Virus record (IMG/VR): IMGVR_UViG_3300030109_004674
Span: 1 to 63,652 of that record
DNA length: 63,652 bases
Reading direction: 5' to 3' (one strand)
From: a virus
Lineage: Duplodnaviria > Caudoviricetes
In this document: positions 1-8,684 of the stretch, in pieces
How positions within the stretch are numbered: position 1 is the first letter of the stretch
Layout of the letters: each line of letters starts with the position of its first letter
The notes under the pieces: generated by a model
The model's input: only the letters and a program-made list of their open reading frames with translations
Database searches by the model: none
Told to the model about the DNA's origin: nothing
Position numbers and translations under genes: made by a program

Positions 1-803
1 TCCGATCTTTCATCAACTACGACATTAGCATCTTCAATGTTTTCATTTGACTCAACATCTTTTGCTTCTTTGTTTTTCTTTCTTGTAGCAGCAGCTTTTT
101 TCGCAGCTTCAGATCTTTTTTTCGCAGCATCTACCTCTTGCTTAGTGGCATTACTTCCATCAGTTTTAGAAACGGATTCTGACTTAGCTGTCAAGTTTTT
201 TACACCCTGATCCATTGCTTCTTGAGTATCCTGCTTTGATACATTAGCAACATTGGATGTCGGTTGACCTTTAAATACTTGAATACCTATTTCAAGATAC
301 GACCCACATTTAGATTGTATATCAGTAGCTGCCGACTTAAAGCCATCCGCAGGTTCGGTTCCTGTACCGTCGGTCTCGTGACCACCATATTGGTAAGGCG
401 TGTATAAATCAAACTTTTTGATATACATTCTTCCCTTCATTAAGATGTATGGCGTTTCTTTTTTACCGATTACCACTTTCTGCCTTTTGGCATTATCCCA
501 TTGGGTTTGCTCGATAACATTTACGGTCTCCTTAACAATCTCATGTTCCAGATCCCATCCAGCAATTCCAAAAACATCATTCATTCTTTCCACAACCGCA
601 ATTGCTTTGATAACAGACAAGTACTTCTTAGTTGGGTGAGTACTAATCATGCCAGGCGGTATTGGCTGTGAAAGAAGTTCACGGTATTCTCTAGGCAACA
701 CCGTGTGTTTTCCTCCAAAACCTGTTCCCTTTGGGTAACATGTGTTTGTTTCTCTGTCAATTACATACCCTTCTGGTACGATTTGTAAGCTATTTTGCTC
801 CAT
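1..803 (-). CDS. Rad52/Rad22 (Sak-like) single-strand annealing protein, N-terminal part; continues at 63652-63460 (331 aa total)
   Basis: Manual translation MEQNSLQIVPEG...THPTKKYLSVIKAIAVVERMNDVFGIAGWDLEHE...DGFKSAATD matches the Rad52-family pattern; absent from the ORF track because the window edge splits it. Confidence 0.8.
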   Translation of the reverse strand, partial: MEQNSLQIVPEGYVIDRETNTCYPKGTGFGGKHTVLPREYRELLSQPIPPGMISTHPTKKYLSVIKAIAVVERMNDVFGIAGWDLEHEIVKETVNVIEQTQWDNAKRQKVVIGKKETPYILMKGRMYIKKFDLYTPYQYGGHETDGTGTEPADGFKSAATDIQSKCGSYLEIGIQVFKGQPTSNVANVSKQDTQEAMDQGVKNLTAKSESVSKTDGSNATKQEVDAAKKRSEAAKKAAATRKKNKEAKDVESNENIEDANVVVDERS

Positions 804-805
804 AA

Positions 806-1033
806 TTACTCTGATTTAGCGTTGATAAAACAATTTTCAATTCTTTCTATACCGCACTCTAAAAGTTCGGCAAGCACCAATAAAACATATCTGTCTCTTG
901 GTTTTTTGTATCCGTTACAGTACTGAGATAGTGTCGATGTACTTCTCTCTATACCTTTCGTGGCCAGCTGTTGCATTATCCAAACCTGACTCCTTCCTTT
1001 CTCAATAAGGACATCTTTTAAAAGCTCTCTCAT
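806..1033 (-). CDS. XRE/Cro-like HTH transcriptional regulator
   Basis: 75 aa; SQVWIMQQL...STLSQYCNGYKKP...LAELLEC pattern. Confidence 0.7.
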   Translation of the reverse strand: MRELLKDVLIEKGRSQVWIMQQLATKGIERSTSTLSQYCNGYKKPRDRYVLLVLAELLECGIERIENCFINAKSE

Positions 1034-1638
1034 GATAACATTAAATTAATTGATGAATAAATAATAGCAGCTAAAGCCATGAAAAATGGAAATGCTACTA
1101 TGTTTCTTACCTGCCTCTGCTCTTCCCTTGAAAGGGTTTTGAGACCTACAAACCTAGAGAAATTATCTCTTGGTTCTTTTTTGATTTGCCAATCTACAAT
1201 TGGTTTTTTCATTGTGTTCTGATTTTTCTTTTTAATATATTCAGCTTCATTATACTTGGTTTTGAATTTATCCCAATTTGATATTGTTTCAGGAAACTTC
1301 CCTTCACCATCCGGGTAATCATTATTACCAATGTAGTTTTCTATTATGTCTACTATTCTCTCATGCAGGTCTATATGTCTTACGTTTGTCATAAATTCCT
1401 TATGCATTCTATTGGTTTCAAACATATTGTTATATACTCTGCAACTGTTAAGAACTGTAGCATGATCCTTGTCGTATATCCTTCCTATTTTTGCCAGGCT
1501 TAACTTGGTTCTGTTTCTTATGTGATAGAATACACAGTGCCTAGCTAGAACTATTTCACTTTTTCTTGTTTTCTTATGAAGTAGTTCAGGGTTTATTCCT
1601 GTAGCTATTGACACAGATTTTATTATAATCTTGCTCAT
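1030..1638 (-). CDS. Protein with DnaA C-terminal-like HTH domain and a C-terminal hydrophobic segment
   Basis: TRKSEIVLARHCVFY...LSLAKIGRIYDKDHATVLNS is a Bac_DnaA_C pattern; likely start MSKII at 1638 (track start 1716 lies in the ori-like tract). Confidence 0.7.
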   Translation of the reverse strand: MSKIIIKSVSIATGINPELLHKKTRKSEIVLARHCVFYHIRNRTKLSLAKIGRIYDKDHATVLNSCRVYNNMFETNRMHKEFMTNVRHIDLHERIVDIIENYIGNNDYPDGEGKFPETISNWDKFKTKYNEAEYIKKKNQNTMKKPIVDWQIKKEPRDNFSRFVGLKTLSREEQRQVRNIVAFPFFMALAAIIYSSINLMLS

Positions 1639-1691
1639 TTCATAGTCATTTATCCTAGACCTAGATCTATACGATATTGAAAATATCAAAG

Positions 1692-1769
1692 CTTTTATCT
1701 TATCTTTTACTTTCATTTACTTTTATCTTCTTTGCATTACATACGCAATGCATGTGCAATGCATGTGCA
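1692..1769 (-). repeat. Iteron-like array A: three 11-bp units followed by a purine-rich tract
   Basis: Minus strand reads TGCACATGCAT TGCACATGCAT TGCGTATGTAA TGC AAAGAAGATAAAAGTAAATGAAAG. Confidence 0.75.
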
Positions 1770-1814
1770 TAACGAGTTTAAGTTTTTCCCTTCGGGTTCG
1801 TATTATTTTTAGAC

Positions 1815-2015
1815 CTACTGGTTACTTGGATATATCCTAATCCTGTAGTCCTTAATCAATAAAAAAGGCAGGACATAATAGGTCACATGTATTTCAGCAT
1901 TCTGCAATCCTTCTTCACTGTCTCTGGTTATGCCTAATCCTATAATTGGCGATATAATAATTTTTGTAGTCCGTATGTTTTTTGTTCCGTCCTCATCTAT
2001 AGTGTAATTAGACAT
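1815..2015 (-). CDS. Hypothetical protein
   Basis: 66-aa ORF co-oriented with and overlapping its neighbour. Confidence 0.55.
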   Translation of the reverse strand: MSNYTIDEDGTKNIRTTKIIISPIIGLGITRDSEEGLQNAEIHVTYYVLPFLLIKDYRIRIYPSNQ

Positions 2016-2194
2016 AGTTGTGTTTTTAGTTCTAGGTAGTGATCAATTGCTTTGTATCCGTGTTTCTGCAGAAATAACTCAATAAGTTTTCTGTTAGCTT
2101 GTAAGTGACATACATTTCCGCTGGTGATGTTTTTTAAAACCCACCTGTAGTCACTTTCTACGCTCGGCTTAGATGTCCCAGGGTTCGTATCCAT
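1997..2194 (-). CDS. Hypothetical protein
   Basis: 65-aa ORF in a coupled gene chain. Confidence 0.55.
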   Translation of the reverse strand: MDTNPGTSKPSVESDYRWVLKNITSGNVCHLQANRKLIELFLQKHGYKAIDHYLELKTQLCLITL

Positions 2195-2627
2195 ATGCTT
2201 CTATTGGCGTTAAGGGTTGTGTTCTAATATGCGTATTCATTTTGCTGTTACCATCGCTCCTGGTCTTGGTAATAGCATTTTTTCTAGCTGCAGATATTCC
2301 GTAAATTAAAAACCGCAACATTAGTTTTCGGCAATTATGTCTTACAACAGCTTTTACGTTTTTCACCGTGCAGTCTGATTTAAATATACCAAACTTTTGA
2401 TTTGCGATAACTACTTCGCAATTATTTATAACGGAGTATATAACGATCTCGGCATTGTATGCATGGCTTTCCAGATTGTCCCTAATAATTGTTTTTGTCA
2501 CAAAAAAGTTTTTAATATCAGCTTCTAGCCATGACTTTTCAATTGTTTTGCAGGCTATTTCAATTAGGTTAAGTTCTTTTTTTAGCTCCTCATAAAGAGC
2601 TTCTTTAATGTATTTGGTATGTCCCAT
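2169..2627 (-). CDS. Hypothetical protein
   Basis: 152-aa ORF. Confidence 0.65.
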   Translation of the reverse strand: MGHTKYIKEALYEELKKELNLIEIACKTIEKSWLEADIKNFFVTKTIIRDNLESHAYNAEIVIYSVINNCEVVIANQKFGIFKSDCTVKNVKAVVRHNCRKLMLRFLIYGISAARKNAITKTRSDGNSKMNTHIRTQPLTPIEAYGYEPWDI

Positions 2628-2660
2628 TGGTGTTGAGGTATAAATCGTTTAAAATGCTTT

Positions 2661-2696
2661 AAAAAGGCAGCCGAAGGTAATCAGGCTCCGACTGCC
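2661..2696 (-). terminator. Rho-independent terminator ending the early array
   Basis: GGCAGTCGGAG-loop-CTTCGGCTGCC-TTTTT on minus strand, just after the DUF932 stop codon. Confidence 0.8.
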
Positions 2697-2715
2697 ATAA
2701 CTCTAAAAACAATCA

Positions 2716-3615
2716 CTAATAAACAGTAATTTTATCAACCATATCAAAAGCTTTGTTATCTGCTTTGTATGCTGATCCAGTCATCTTGTTTTCCCACATG
2801 TCGTTCCTTCTATTCGAAACGTCTTTTGTTGTGTAGGAAGTCACACCAGAAAACAATCCCCACAATGTCTCACCTTTTTGAGCTTGCTCTTGTGCGATTC
2901 TTACGGTAAGGTTTTGGGCCTTCTTTATCTGGTTTGGACTGTATAATTTTTTTGCATCACTAACATCCGTTTCTATGTTTACACCTGTAATAGCTTGCAC
3001 CATTCTCACCGTCTCGTTAACTGAACACTTTGTCGCTGCCATTCTGTAAAACTTTTCGTAAAGAGTCTGCTCTTGCTCTCTTATCTTGTCCACACCTCTC
3101 ATTAAAAGGTCAACCTTGTCTCGCATGTTTGCAGAGTGTCTAATCCTGGTGTTCATTTCTTTGTACATTCTGTGAAATGTATTACTACATGACATTGTAA
3201 TGTTTGTCATTCCCAGGGCCAAACTTCCGGTTCCGTCGTGCGAATTCAGGACAGTTATATATTTTTTTATCTGGTCGTGGTTCTTACCTATGCCTTCTAT
3301 ACTTCCTGTGTCAATCTTTAGGTAAACTTTTCTACCTCCATGGAAAGATCCTCCTTTTGCTAGTGACAGGTCGCTTTGCTGTGCAATTTTGGAAACCATA
3401 TCTATTAGCTCCCAGTTCTGAAAAACCTCATAACCTTCTTTTGCGGCAAAAAACTCTTGGTTCGTGTCTTCTCTTCTAATCGAATAATAGTTCGACTCGA
3501 TTCCTTCTCCTGTGTAAAGCTTTTCCTTTTTTACGTTCCAGAAAAGCTGAAACCTATCGAGTAATTCTGCTACGAATTCTCCTTGGTTTTCAATTTGTTG
3601 TATTGATTGATTCAT
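2716..3615 (-). CDS. DUF932 / TIGR03299 phage-plasmid protein
   Basis: YEVFQNWEL, GGSFHGGRKVY, LNSHDGTGS, CSNT, RIRHS and GETLWGLFSGVT motifs. Confidence 0.85.
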   Translation of the reverse strand: MNQSIQQIENQGEFVAELLDRFQLFWNVKKEKLYTGEGIESNYYSIRREDTNQEFFAAKEGYEVFQNWELIDMVSKIAQQSDLSLAKGGSFHGGRKVYLKIDTGSIEGIGKNHDQIKKYITVLNSHDGTGSLALGMTNITMSCSNTFHRMYKEMNTRIRHSANMRDKVDLLMRGVDKIREQEQTLYEKFYRMAATKCSVNETVRMVQAITGVNIETDVSDAKKLYSPNQIKKAQNLTVRIAQEQAQKGETLWGLFSGVTSYTTKDVSNRRNDMWENKMTGSAYKADNKAFDMVDKITVY

Positions 3616-3671
3616 GATTGATAAGTTTTATAAGTTAAAAAATATTTTGTCTAAGTTAAACAAAGTTTTTA

Positions 3672-3890
3672 TTAAGACAAGTTTTTTGTTAAGATTTTTA
3701 CTTCATTATTTGAAATTATATCTAAAAGTTTTTTGTCTAGCTTGGCCCGTATTCTGTTTAACCTTTTGATATCAAATGATATAACACTGGTTTTCTTGGG
3801 TGCCGCTTCCAGGTCAGAGAGTTTCTGATCGAGAAGCATTAATAGTTCGACTAGTTCTGTTTGTCTTAATTCGTCTTTTTCGTTTGCCAT
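3672..3890 (-). CDS. Hypothetical protein
   Basis: 72-aa helical ORF in the early array. Confidence 0.6.
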   Translation of the reverse strand: MANEKDELRQTELVELLMLLDQKLSDLEAAPKKTSVISFDIKRLNRIRAKLDKKLLDIISNNEVKILTKNLS

Positions 3891-3902
3891 TGGGTTCGAT
3901 TT

Positions 3903-4199
3903 TTATATTAAACATTTTGAGATATAGGCTAAGGTACCAAATTGGTTTAACACAAATTGTCTATCTGGTATTGCTATAATTTTTCCATCGATCAAAGCTT
4001 TGAGCATACCCTGGTTTTCTGAATAGTCTTTTATAATTACTTCATCAGGCTGCAGGTTAACTCTGTCGGCCATGTTTATGGTGGCAACAGCTGCCCGTTG
4101 GTTCGTGTCCTTTTCGGTTAGTACCAGACAAATGTTTTTTGTTTCTGCGTACTTTTCTTTTTTTACCGTGTGCGGTTTGTTTCTGAATATTACTTCCAT
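3903..4199 (-). CDS. DUF4313-like hypothetical protein
   Basis: ATINM...IIKDYSENQGMLKALIDGKII pattern. Confidence 0.5.
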   Translation of the reverse strand: MEVIFRNKPHTVKKEKYAETKNICLVLTEKDTNQRAAVATINMADRVNLQPDEVIIKDYSENQGMLKALIDGKIIAIPDRQFVLNQFGTLAYISKCLI

Positions 4200-4211
4200 T
4201 TTATATAAGTT

Positions 4212-4475
4212 TTAAGGTTGTACAATTTTTTTAGTTACATACATTATTTGGTTATATCCGTCGCTGACGGTACCTGTGTATTTTTCGTCTACAATAAGGT
4301 TAAATATTTCAGGCAATGCGTATCTGAATTCTGGCTCTTCACCGTTTGAGCTATTCCAGAATAGTATATAGCTTTTGCTGCCTTCAATTTTATATACCGT
4401 GGTTTCTTGTAAGTCATCCTCTATTGAATGAGCGTATTTGTTTCTGTTTATCGATTTAATTAGTTCTTTATCCAT
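4212..4475 (-). CDS. Hypothetical protein
   Basis: 87-aa ORF with A-rich start context. Confidence 0.65.
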   Translation of the reverse strand: MDKELIKSINRNKYAHSIEDDLQETTVYKIEGSKSYILFWNSSNGEEPEFRYALPEIFNLIVDEKYTGTVSDGYNQIMYVTKKIVQP

Positions 4476-4486
4476 GGTTTTAAAGT

Positions 4487-4720
4487 TTATGTAAGGTTAT
4501 GAGGTTTGTTTAAATTCAATTTATTTAATGAGATTATTACCTCCTCTTCAATCTCTTCAATTCCTTCGTCTTGCATCTTGAGAAGAAATTCCTTGCAACG
4601 GTTATATAGTTTCCTTGCGTATTCTTTTTCCCTTTCTGACATGTATTCGTATTCAACGTCCGATAGGTCGTAAATTGCGTTTCCTAGTTCCTTGTGTGCG
4701 TATTCCATTGTCCTTGCCAT
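4487..4720 (-). CDS. Hypothetical protein
   Basis: 77-aa ORF preceded by a variant start motif (AAAACTTAAGATC-ATG). Confidence 0.65.
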   Translation of the reverse strand: MARTMEYAHKELGNAIYDLSDVEYEYMSEREKEYARKLYNRCKEFLLKMQDEGIEEIEEEVIISLNKLNLNKPHNLT

Positions 4721-4735
4721 GATCTTAAGTTTTAT

Positions 4736-4772
4736 GGGCCCAGGTGGCCCCTGGTTAGTTTACTTTTTGTTT
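4736..4772. repeat. 37-bp direct repeat, copy 1 (GGGCCC hairpin plus gene 3' end)
   Basis: gggcccaggtggcccctggttagtttactttttgttt, identical to 5006-5042. Confidence 0.95.
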
Positions 4773-4987
4773 TGTGCATGCTCTTGCATTGCTCCTATTA
4801 TCATGTTTAAATTATCCTTAGATAGCTTTTTAAACTCATCTAAGCCCATATAAGCTATTAATACATCTTTACATACGTTTACATCTTCTTGCTGCTTTGT
4901 AGCTTCTGTATTTTCGTTGTATAATTTAGTTTTATTAAAAGCTATATTTTCTAAATATTCTCCGTGGTGTCTTCTTACTTTGCTCAT
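4760..4987 (-). CDS. Hypothetical protein between 37-bp direct repeats
   Basis: 75-aa AT-rich ORF ending NKK* like its upstream neighbour. Confidence 0.65.
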   Translation of the reverse strand: MSKVRRHHGEYLENIAFNKTKLYNENTEATKQQEDVNVCKDVLIAYMGLDEFKKLSKDNLNMIIGAMQEHAQNKK

Positions 4988-5005
4988 TTTGTTTTGCTTT
5001 TAAAG

Positions 5006-5042
5006 GGGCCCAGGTGGCCCCTGGTTAGTTTACTTTTTGTTT
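5006..5042. repeat. 37-bp direct repeat, copy 2
   Basis: Identical to 4736-4772. Confidence 0.95.
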
Positions 5043-5488
5043 ATCCATTCGATTACCTGCTGCGGTGATCCTTTAAACAAAGTTTTATTTTTGTTTACAT
5101 AGTCACCTTTTTTGCTCATGTATCCCCGTGTCACTACATGAACTGTCAGCTCGTGTGTATCAAAGTCTCCAATTACTTTGTATTCGTAATTTTCCCAGTC
5201 CATTTTGCGGGGGGCTTCTAGGTATATATTTCCTGGCCCGTCTTTAAAGTGACTAACTACAGAAGCGGCCAAACATCCCATTCCGTTGAATATCATTCGT
5301 TCCTTTTTTCCTAGTCCGATTCCGTTCACTAGGTCTCCTCCCGATAAGTATTCACAAAGTTGTAGCCCATGGCCTTCCGGGTATCCGTCGAACTGCCTGT
5401 ACATTGCGACAATTTTGTTTGTTTTTCTTTGTCCTGTTTTCTCCGATTTATACGTTTGTATAAAAGTTGTTAATGATCTTGTTCCCAT
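5030..5488 (-). CDS. Conserved phage/plasmid hypothetical protein (MGTRS...YRQFDGYPEGHG family)
   Basis: 152 aa with the recurring DGYP motif seen in phage early genes. Confidence 0.7.
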   Translation of the reverse strand: MGTRSLTTFIQTYKSEKTGQRKTNKIVAMYRQFDGYPEGHGLQLCEYLSGGDLVNGIGLGKKERMIFNGMGCLAASVVSHFKDGPGNIYLEAPRKMDWENYEYKVIGDFDTHELTVHVVTRGYMSKKGDYVNKNKTLFKGSPQQVIEWINKK

Positions 5489-5515
5489 GATTGAAAAGTT
5501 TTAAAAGTTTGTTAT

Positions 5516-6316
5516 TTATTTATTTATTTGTGGGTCTACAATAAACCCAGATTTGATACTTTTTTGTTGTGCTGTTTTGCTTTTAATATTTTTTACTCTT
5601 AAGCCCGCGATGCTGGCCTTGGGTTCGTCCAAAAATCTAAGGTCTGTAACATCAGCGTCGAAAACTTCAAGGCCCATATATTTTTCTGGCAAAATTTTCC
5701 CCATAAAAGGTACTGCTACATTAAAACCTAGGTTTATAGCTTCTTGCCATTGCTCAAAATTTGATTCGCTGTAGCTAAAAGTAAGATGATAATTAGGTAC
5801 GTTTTTAAAGGTCTCTAAGCGGTTAAAAACTTTTGTGTAGTCGTAAAATTGAACGTCTTTAAAAGTCTCCAGGACGTTAAATAACCTTAGGTCTAAATCG
5901 CTGGTTCCGTTTAACCTTACGCTGTAATGCATGTTTTTTGCTTCTGCTTTTCTTTGTCCTGCTTTTATTTCCGCATGTAGCCAACTATTAAAAAACTTAC
6001 GGTTTGCGTAGAATAGCCATGTTTTTTTGAGTCTGCTATTAAGTATTGTATTTTTGGTGTCCATCTTTACACGTCCTGAAGTATTTAAACATCCTAAAAT
6101 GCATCCTTTGCTTGCCATGCTACAGGTATTGAAACCACTACTTTTATGTGGGGCCAAATAAAGTATACCAGAAAGGTAGTTTAGTTTGGCACCCTTTTTT
6201 ATTTTGCTGCTGCTGTTTAGGCCCATCAAATAAGATAGCCCCGTTTGTTTTTTAGCTGCTGCAATTGTTGTAAATTCAAGATCCTGAACTTGTTTTTTGT
6301 ACTGAAGAAAATTCAT
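5516..6316 (-). CDS. Gp88-like protein with a Cys cluster (possible Fe-S, radical-SAM-like fold)
   Basis: CSMASKGCILGCL, VRLNGTSD, QFYDYTK, NYHLTFS and DLRFLD motifs. Confidence 0.7.
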   Translation of the reverse strand: MNFLQYKKQVQDLEFTTIAAAKKQTGLSYLMGLNSSSKIKKGAKLNYLSGILYLAPHKSSGFNTCSMASKGCILGCLNTSGRVKMDTKNTILNSRLKKTWLFYANRKFFNSWLHAEIKAGQRKAEAKNMHYSVRLNGTSDLDLRLFNVLETFKDVQFYDYTKVFNRLETFKNVPNYHLTFSYSESNFEQWQEAINLGFNVAVPFMGKILPEKYMGLEVFDADVTDLRFLDEPKASIAGLRVKNIKSKTAQQKSIKSGFIVDPQINK

Positions 6317-6333
6317 GTTATAAGTTTTTAAAA

Positions 6334-6350
6334 GGGCCCGGGGGCCCGTT
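6334..6350 (-). repeat. GGGCCC intergenic hairpin
   Basis: AACGGGCCCCCGGGCCC-TTTT directly after a stop codon. Confidence 0.75.
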
Positions 6351-6351
6351 G

Positions 6352-6861
6352 TTAGTTTATTGTTAATGTTTCACCGTCGAAAGTTAGTGTATCAATTTTA
6401 GATAAAGAGTATTGTCTAAATTTCGTATGCTTTAATGTTTTGCGTATTATGTTTTTGGCAATTGTCAGGGGCCTAGAATTGACGGTTTTATATTCACCCT
6501 TTTGCACTACATTTTTTCGCACCTGGAGACCGTATATGTAAATTGTTTTAGTCTCAATATGCATGCGAATACCTGTGCAAAGTTGTACATAAGCGTCCTT
6601 TTGTCCCTGGCTCCGGTTTTTGGTTTGTTTCGTTGGTTTTGTAAGGGCCGTTAACAATTCGATTCTGGCTTTCTCTTCAATTGTTTCGTAGTCGTAACTG
6701 ATCCCTTTTAGTGTGTTTATATCCTTTTGTTTTGCGTTCTGGATGCTGGCCCCAACATTTAACAAAACTTTGCTTATTTCACCTTGTTTGTTTGTGTAGT
6801 TGTTAATTGCTACAAATTGCACCCCGTTAAATTGTTTTAGTTTGTTGATTAAGTTTTTCAT
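6352..6861 (-). CDS. Hypothetical protein (basic)
   Basis: 169 aa preceded by the canonical start motif. Confidence 0.75.
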   Translation of the reverse strand: MKNLINKLKQFNGVQFVAINNYTNKQGEISKVLLNVGASIQNAKQKDINTLKGISYDYETIEEKARIELLTALTKPTKQTKNRSQGQKDAYVQLCTGIRMHIETKTIYIYGLQVRKNVVQKGEYKTVNSRPLTIAKNIIRKTLKHTKFRQYSLSKIDTLTFDGETLTIN

Positions 6862-6878
6862 GATTGAAAAGTTTTAGA

Positions 6879-6916
6879 GGGGCCCAGCAAATGGTATGCA
6901 ATGGCCGGGCCCTGGT
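6879..6916 (-). repeat. 38-bp GGGCCC hairpin repeat, copy 1
   Basis: ggggcccagcaaatggtatgcaatggccgggccctggt; 37/38 identical to 9263-9300. Confidence 0.9.
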
Positions 6917-6923
6917 TAGTTTA

Positions 6924-7175
6924 TTATTTAGTTCTTATTATGTATCCTGGTTCTGAATTATCATTTCTATTAAACTCAAAGGCTATCCTTTCGTTTTTTT
7001 TCATGTCTAATAGTTTGTCGATTTGTTCCTGTATTGCGTACATGTATTCGTAATCATCCTCCTGGTCTGTTTTGGCGTAAATTTTTTCTAAATCTACTTT
7101 TACCTGGTAAACATCATTTTCGCAAATGATAATTAATTTCCATTTTCTGTAGCTGTTTATTTCTTTCTTTGCCAT
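6924..7175 (-). CDS. Hypothetical protein
   Basis: 83 aa preceded by the canonical start motif. Confidence 0.7.
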   Translation of the reverse strand: MAKKEINSYRKWKLIIICENDVYQVKVDLEKIYAKTDQEDDYEYMYAIQEQIDKLLDMKKNERIAFEFNRNDNSEPGYIIRTK

Positions 7176-7253
7176 GATTGATAAGTTTTAAAGTTTAGAT
7201 AAAAATATGTATTTAGTTTTACTTATGCAAATAAAAGTTTAAAAAAGTAAATA

Positions 7254-7550
7254 TTATATTCCAATTACTTGGGCTTCTGTCCTGTATTTTTTTAAATCGT
7301 TTATTGCATCTTTAAGAGACTCGCCCAGGGTTCCCAGTGTGAAGGCCCAGTCTTGAAAAGTTATTTCGATATATGGCACTACATGATCTGTGTTGATTTG
7401 TTTTTGGTAGTGCTTTATTGGCTTGCTTAGGGCTTTAACTGGTATTGAGTAATATTTGCCTCCATAACCTGAAGTTAAAAAGTTGTGACACTTGCCTGAT
7501 TTGCTTGGGCCCTGATATCGTTTTTCTGGTATCCTTATTATAATTTCCAT
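7254..7550 (-). CDS. Hypothetical protein
   Basis: 98-aa ORF. Confidence 0.65.
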   Translation of the reverse strand: MEIIIRIPEKRYQGPSKSGKCHNFLTSGYGGKYYSIPVKALSKPIKHYQKQINTDHVVPYIEITFQDWAFTLGTLGESLKDAINDLKKYRTEAQVIGI

Positions 7551-7702
7551 TTGAATCCTAAGTTTTCAGTTATTATGTATTGTTTTACGCTCGTTAGTGC
7601 AATGTGATTTGTACTAAGTTTTACGGCCATGTGGCCCAGGTCTACCCGGTGCTGTGTTTTGCCGTCGGGTACGTTCACTATTTGTTTTTTATACTTTTTC
7701 AT
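7538..7702 (-). CDS. Small hypothetical protein (54 aa, below track cutoff)
   Basis: MKKYKKQIVNVPDGKTQHRVDLGHMAVKL...FKWKL*; fills the gap and overlaps both neighbours. Confidence 0.55.
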   Translation of the reverse strand: MKKYKKQIVNVPDGKTQHRVDLGHMAVKLSTNHIALTSVKQYIITENLGFKWKL

Positions 7703-8255
7703 TTAGCTGTATGTTTTTGATTATGTTTTTTGAGTCTTCAATTAAACTTTCTTTGCTGTAGTATCCCCAACATGAGTCAACTTGTTCGTCGTTTTGGTTA
7801 TCAATAATTTCGTACCCTAAAACAGACCCAGTTATCCAAACGTCGTATGTTTTTACTTCAGATTCCAATAAGTTTTTTACATGTTCGATTGTTTTCTTTG
7901 TCAGTCTTTTAACCTGCATAGCTTCTCGGGCTTTTTGTTTATCGACGTAAATATATCCGATTTGCCCGCTGTCCCAAGGGCATGCAAACGGGCTTGTGCT
8001 TACCGTCTGTCCCGAGTGGTCGTACATGTAAATCGGCAAAATTACTGCAGCATTTTTTTGTAGTGTTTTTTTCAGGTCTTGCCATCCGCTATAGTCTTGG
8101 GCCCTGTGTTCGGTTTCGTCCCCTAGATGGTATCTTCTATGCTGACAAACCATTGTGCCCAGGTTGTCCCATTTGCGGGGGCTTTCTGCGTAGTGGTCTA
8201 CAAATATTTTTATTGTGTATCCTTTGTGTTCGATTGTTTCTAAAATTGTGTCCAT
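7689..8255 (-). CDS. Conserved phage/plasmid hypothetical protein (YDHSG...WDSGQIG family)
   Basis: SPRKWDNLG, YMYDHSG, CPWDSGQIG and DSCWGYY motifs. Confidence 0.75.
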   Translation of the reverse strand: MDTILETIEHKGYTIKIFVDHYAESPRKWDNLGTMVCQHRRYHLGDETEHRAQDYSGWQDLKKTLQKNAAVILPIYMYDHSGQTVSTSPFACPWDSGQIGYIYVDKQKAREAMQVKRLTKKTIEHVKNLLESEVKTYDVWITGSVLGYEIIDNQNDEQVDSCWGYYSKESLIEDSKNIIKNIQLNEKV

Positions 8256-8267
8256 GATTGATAAGTT

Positions 8268-8672
8268 TTAAGTTAATGATTCAAATATTAGTATTTTGTT
8301 TGCCTTGTCCAGCAATATTGTGAATAGTTCTGTGTCTGTCTGTCTGTCAATTAAAACCACTTGTTTGCCTTCTAGATAGCTGTAAATTTCATACTCTTTA
8401 TTTATTTCTATTGTCTGGCCCCGGTCTATATTTTTAACCGTTTTGTACTTTATAATTTTACACAAATCGTTTAAGAATTGAACGTCGTTGTTGAATATCT
8501 TTTGCAGCAGTTTTCGGTTTTTTTCCTTTTGTTCGATTAAATCCTGGTATACCTGGCCTCTGCTTTCTTTGTCCTCAAACCAGTCCGCAATTGTTTGGGC
8601 TGCGTCTTCAATTATTCGCTGTGACTCTTTAAGTCTCTTAATTAGCTTTTTGTTTTGTTCTGTTGTTCTCAT
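8268..8672 (-). CDS. Hypothetical protein
   Basis: 134 aa preceded by the canonical start motif. Confidence 0.7.
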   Translation of the reverse strand: MRTTEQNKKLIKRLKESQRIIEDAAQTIADWFEDKESRGQVYQDLIEQKEKNRKLLQKIFNNDVQFLNDLCKIIKYKTVKNIDRGQTIEINKEYEIYSYLEGKQVVLIDRQTDTELFTILLDKANKILIFESLT

Positions 8673-8684
8673 GATTGAAAAGTT

